29,211 nt of DNA from a virus. Its lineage: Duplodnaviria; Caudoviricetes. Under the pieces are notes generated by a model that saw only the letters and a program-made list of their open reading frames with translations, was not told where the DNA came from and ran no database searches. Below, piece by piece: positions 25,922 through 29,211 of the stretch. The stretch's first letter is position 1, and every line of letters starts with the position of its first letter. The position numbers and the translations under genes were made by a program. Location of the stretch: positions 1 through 29,211 of the IMG/VR virus record IMGVR_UViG_3300031965_000117. One strand, 5' to 3'.

Positions 25922-26913
25922 CCGCTACACTCGCCGTCGACGATCGCACAAGAGCGGTTACAAGGGTTGTCTGCTTGCCAACTTGGCAGCCAAGTTGGCA
26001 GCTGTTCCGAGGCGCAGTCAGAACGAATGCTGTCGCTGTCGCCGTCGCAGCAGCCAGCTCGCCACTCCGCAACGGAGTTGCAGATGCCTGGGACTGTCCG
26101 GCTACTATCTACAATCGGCTGTTCGCAACCGCCATAGCCGTCGCAGTTAATGTAACCAGGCGGGCACTTAAAGCACCCACTTGAAGAGCAACCGTTGACC
26201 CACCAGTCATTGCTCGTGCCAGGTTCGCCGCACCCGCACTGAGTCGGCTCTGTGGAGCCACCACCGGAACCACCGGAACCACCCGCACTACCAGAGCTGC
26301 CGGTTGTCGTCGTGGTATCCGGTCCAGAGACGCACTCTGACCAGTAGGTCGAGTGCTCGCTGATGGCGGTAGAACAGTCCACAACGCCACCGTCCGGTGA
26401 GGCGCACGGGAAGTCGTGGAGACCGGCGGCGTCCTCGATCAAGAAGCCCTGTACGTCACCGCATGCAAAGCTACCAGACTTGCAGTCGTTAACTGATGTG
26501 GCGAGCACAGCAGCGCAGTAAGGCTCACCATCACACGCGATTACCTCTGGGCACCCTTCACCGATAGCCTCACCGGTGCTCGAGCTGTCCGAAGAGATTG
26601 CCGTGGCGGTGCCGACTGTGGATGTGCCGCCCGCTGCCGTCTCAGATCCGACCACAGTCGCGGATCCGCCACCGCTGCTCACCCCTGAAGTGCCGCCGGA
26701 AGATGTCGCTACGGTTGTGTCGCCGCCGCCATCAGCGCTGGTCACTGAGGCGCTAGCTGCACCGCCTGAACCGGACGGATTGCTTCCCTCGCCAGGCTGC
26801 ACGCTACGAGCTTCGCCGCACGCCCATAGGCAAGCGCAGACTGCGTAACCTACGAAAGCCGTACACGTCCTCCTACGGTTGGCGCGCCACTTCTGTGTTT
26901 CTTGAATGCTCAC
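25918..26913 (-). CDS. Putative Cys-rich, Ser/Gly/Thr-rich lipoprotein (moron)
   Basis: Only long ORF in this interval; basic n-region (RANRRR), hydrophobic stretch, lipobox-like LWA^C32; low-complexity linkers separate two Cys-rich domains. Confidence 0.75.
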   Translation of the reverse strand: MSIQETQKWRANRRRTCTAFVGYAVCACLWACGEARSVQPGEGSNPSGSGGAASASVTSADGGGDTTVATSSGGTSGVSSGGGSATVVGSETAAGGTSTVGTATAISSDSSSTGEAIGEGCPEVIACDGEPYCAAVLATSVNDCKSGSFACGDVQGFLIEDAAGLHDFPCASPDGGVVDCSTAISEHSTYWSECVSGPDTTTTTGSSGSAGGSGGSGGGSTEPTQCGCGEPGTSNDWWVNGCSSSGCFKCPPGYINCDGYGGCEQPIVDSSRTVPGICNSVAEWRAGCCDGDSDSIRSDCASEQLPTWLPSWQADNPCNRSCAIVDGECSG

Positions 26914-26955
26914 TTTTTCAAACCCCTAGATCCGGTGAATCCAGAAGCATAGCTC

Positions 26956-27333
26956 ATGCTCGGTACTGATTTCTACGGCACGACCGACCTAGATCCTTCC
27001 CTGTCCGTAGTCTCCGGCCGGCTAGCGCTCGCGCAGGCTGTTTTGCGGCGCTTAACGTCGCAGCGCGGCACGCTGCTGGACGATCCTACATACGGATACG
27101 ACCTGAGACTGCTCATAGGATCAGCCATTCGCGAGGGCGAATTCGAGGCTCGAATCCTAGAACAGGTGCTCGCCGAAGAAGAGGTCCAGGACGCCACGTT
27201 GACCCTGACCTACTCGCTGGAGCTGTCGCAGCTAACTGTCGCGTTGGTGCTGACAGATACCGAAGGCCCCTTCCCACTCACCGTCACCGTTAACGAACTT
27301 TCTGCCGAGATGCTCCTGCCAGAGGCCGCCTAA
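26956..27333 (+). CDS. Baseplate wedge protein (T4 gp25 / P2 gpW / Mu gp46-like)
   Basis: 'VSGRLALAQAVLRRLTSQRGTLLDDPTYGYDL' gp25-like; precedes baseplate J. Confidence 0.85.
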   Translation: MLGTDFYGTTDLDPSLSVVSGRLALAQAVLRRLTSQRGTLLDDPTYGYDLRLLIGSAIREGEFEARILEQVLAEEEVQDATLTLTYSLELSQLTVALVLTDTEGPFPLTVTVNELSAEMLLPEAA

Positions 27334-28509
27334 ATGTTATCGATCAGTCAACTGCGCAAACCTGCCGCCCGCCAGGAGGTACTCGATGAATGGATCGATA
27401 TCCTGCAGTCGCTCGGTTTCTCGACAACCGGTTGGCAGCCAGGTCGCGTCCAGCGGACCTTTTTGACCGCAGCGGCAACCATAGTCGCGGACATGTCGGA
27501 GGTGGCAAAGGCCATCGTCGAGTTTGGCTTCAACTCGTTCTCCAGCGGAGTGCCGCTCACTGAGTTCGCCCGTAGTCGATACGAAAACACGCGGTTGCCA
27601 GCGGTGAAGACGGCGGGCCCCATGACGCTCACCAGTACGGCGCTGGTTCCCTACGACATCGAGGTCGGTCAGCTCATCGTGAGCAACGACTCAGGAAAGA
27701 AGTTTCGCAATACTACCGGTGGAACACTCAATGCAGGTGGCACGCTAACTCTGACGTTTCAGGCTACCCTGGCGGGCCAGTCTCACAACGTCGGATCGAA
27801 CACAGTCACCAAGATACTCACCCCTTTGGCCGGTGTCACTGTTGCCAACAGCGCACCCGACCCCTGGTACACAACTACAGGAATCGACCAGGAGACGGAC
27901 GCGGCCTTGAAAGAGCGCAACCGCACGAAATGGGCGACGCAGTCGCTGGAAATGGTGGCGGATGGCTACCGCAACTACGCTCTGAGCGTCGCGGGAATCA
28001 CCAAGATCTCGATCGACGACAACAACCCGCGGGGAGAGAACACAATCGATGTGTATGTGGCGGCAGAATTCTCCCTGGTTGGCGCAGCGGAAAAGCAGGC
28101 GCTGCAGGAAATCTTCGCCAAGCGCGTCTTCGGCACGTCCTCGACATACGAAGAGCCGCCTACAGCAGGCACCACTGTTGCCGTCCTCGACCCCAACACG
28201 GACGAACTGACGCTGACGGGTACCGTCTATCACGATCCCAACGTGTCCGAAGCGACTGTGACTGACGCCGTCAACGAGGCTCTCGAAGACTTCCTGACAG
28301 CGACCCCAATCGGTGGCTACGACTTTGCTCCCGGACCCTCGAACGTCATCACACCCGGCGACATCCTCCAAGTACTCGAGGCCGTAGAGGGCGTGCGCAC
28401 CGTCACGCTGACGACTCCGACCGCACCCGTCAGCGTTGGCGTTCGCACTCTAGTGACGGAACAGGCCGGCGGCTGGGGGCTCACCTACCAAGCGGTCACC
28501 GCTGCCTGA
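27334..28509 (+). CDS. Baseplate J / Mu gp47-like protein
   Basis: 'ATLAGQSHNV...GVTVAN...GIDQETDAALKER...YALSVAGI...RGENTIDVYV' baseplate J motifs. Confidence 0.92.
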   Translation: MLSISQLRKPAARQEVLDEWIDILQSLGFSTTGWQPGRVQRTFLTAAATIVADMSEVAKAIVEFGFNSFSSGVPLTEFARSRYENTRLPAVKTAGPMTLTSTALVPYDIEVGQLIVSNDSGKKFRNTTGGTLNAGGTLTLTFQATLAGQSHNVGSNTVTKILTPLAGVTVANSAPDPWYTTTGIDQETDAALKERNRTKWATQSLEMVADGYRNYALSVAGITKISIDDNNPRGENTIDVYVAAEFSLVGAAEKQALQEIFAKRVFGTSSTYEEPPTAGTTVAVLDPNTDELTLTGTVYHDPNVSEATVTDAVNEALEDFLTATPIGGYDFAPGPSNVITPGDILQVLEAVEGVRTVTLTTPTAPVSVGVRTLVTEQAGGWGLTYQAVTAA

Positions 28510-29129
28510 TGGCTGCCGACTATTTGGCCTTCGCGGCGCAGCTACTGCGCAGTTCGCCGTGGCGCGGAAAGTACGGTCGCCGCTTTGTGGCTGCGTTCGG
28601 GCTGCTCTGCGACTCGCTCATCGACGGCGCCACGCAAGCGCTCAAGGCGCCTTGGTTAGGCAATCCCGACGACGTCCCACAGGACGCGCTAGCGCCACTC
28701 GGCGAAGAGCTGCTGCTCGAGCGCTACCCGGTCGAGGACGATGCGCAGTACAAGGCGCGCCTCGACCTGACCTGGCCCACCTGGCAGGATGCCGGTGGCC
28801 CACAGGTGCTCGTGGATCAGCTCACTGCCGCAGGCTTCCCTGGCGTCCAGATCAAGACACCCCTCGACTGGCCCACCGAGCCGCCCGTCGGATACAGCAC
28901 CCAGTTTTGGGTTTTCTTTCCTGAAGGCACTCACACCGTAACCGGTGTAGCGCCGCTCGTCGGAAGCTTCGTGGTGGGCGACGGCACCATCATCGGGCTG
29001 AGCGGTATCAGCTTTGAGCGCATCTTGTTGCTGCGAAAAATCATCCGCAAGTTCAAGCCGGGTACCTGGATTTGCCGCAGCATCCTTTTTGAGATCACCC
29101 CCGGAACTAACGCAACGCTAGGACCCTAG
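28509..29129 (+). CDS. Baseplate protein (P2 gpI / Mu gp48-like)
   Basis: Follows J; 'ALAPLGEE...EDDAQYKARL...IIRKFKP'. Confidence 0.75.
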   Translation: MAADYLAFAAQLLRSSPWRGKYGRRFVAAFGLLCDSLIDGATQALKAPWLGNPDDVPQDALAPLGEELLLERYPVEDDAQYKARLDLTWPTWQDAGGPQVLVDQLTAAGFPGVQIKTPLDWPTEPPVGYSTQFWVFFPEGTHTVTGVAPLVGSFVVGDGTIIGLSGISFERILLLRKIIRKFKPGTWICRSILFEITPGTNATLGP

Positions 29130-29131
29130 TC

Positions 29132-29211
29132 ATGCCGGTAAACATCTCCGACGTCGACAACTACGACGTGGTCGTACAAGCACCCGATGACGGCGACGAC
29201 GCCAACGGCGT
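29132..29211 (+). CDS. Start of next tail gene, probably tail fibre (3' truncated by window edge)
   Basis: ATG 2 nt after previous stop, open to end of window (MPVNISDVDNYDVVVQAPDDGDDANG); identity from synteny only. Confidence 0.45.
   Translation, partial: MPVNISDVDNYDVVVQAPDDGDDANG

Larger units (their letters stand above)
1..29211 (+). mobile_element. Phage/prophage genome segment (contractile-tailed, Mu-like head/neck genes, primase-helicase replication); both ends lie outside the window
   Basis: Canonical co-oriented order: replication, terminase, portal, MuF, protease, capsid, neck, sheath, tube, chaperone, tape measure, baseplate; pervasive start/stop overlaps; no host housekeeping genes. 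Confidence 0.97.

Noticed and set aside
25975-26848. Short plus-strand ORFs that could continue the tail operon
   Set aside because: Fragmentary mirror translations of the minus-strand lipoprotein's low-complexity sequence
18359-29129. Stand-alone tailocin / eCIS / T6SS interpretation
   Set aside because: Contiguous with intact terminase, portal, capsid and replication genes, so it is a phage tail

Overview
The whole window (GC-rich, almost entirely + strand, genes mostly joined by ATGA/GTGA/TAATG overlaps) is a continuous piece of a contractile-tailed (myovirus-type) phage or prophage. Positions 1-6450 are an early/middle module. It holds the end of a DNA adenine methyltransferase, a truncated RuvC, a VRR-NUC nuclease, a second PD-(D/E)xK nuclease, a replication initiator with internal iteron-like repeats, a primase, a DnaB-like helicase, a chain of micro-ORFs, a DnaJ-type zinc-finger (Q-like) regulator and a small HTH protein. 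Positions 6550-29211 are the late module. It runs TerS, TerL, Mu gp29-type portal, MuF, head-spike base, ClpP protease with nested scaffold, major capsid, neck genes, sheath, tube, chaperone with a -1 frameshift, tape measure and baseplate. The most notable points are: (i) a MuF protein with a C-terminal HEExH gluzincin-like domain followed by a coupled small acidic gene and a terminator, a candidate polymorphic toxin/immunity pair; (ii) a major capsid protein carrying an inserted beta domain that aligns with the insertion domain of this phage's own tail sheath; (iii) tandem duplicated spike genes with PAAR-like tips; (iv) an antisense Cys-rich, myxobacterial-style lipoprotein moron inside the baseplate operon. 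A myxobacterial host is an inference. No integrase, transposase, lysis genes, tRNA or CRISPR were seen. All family calls come from motif recognition by eye, not database searches.
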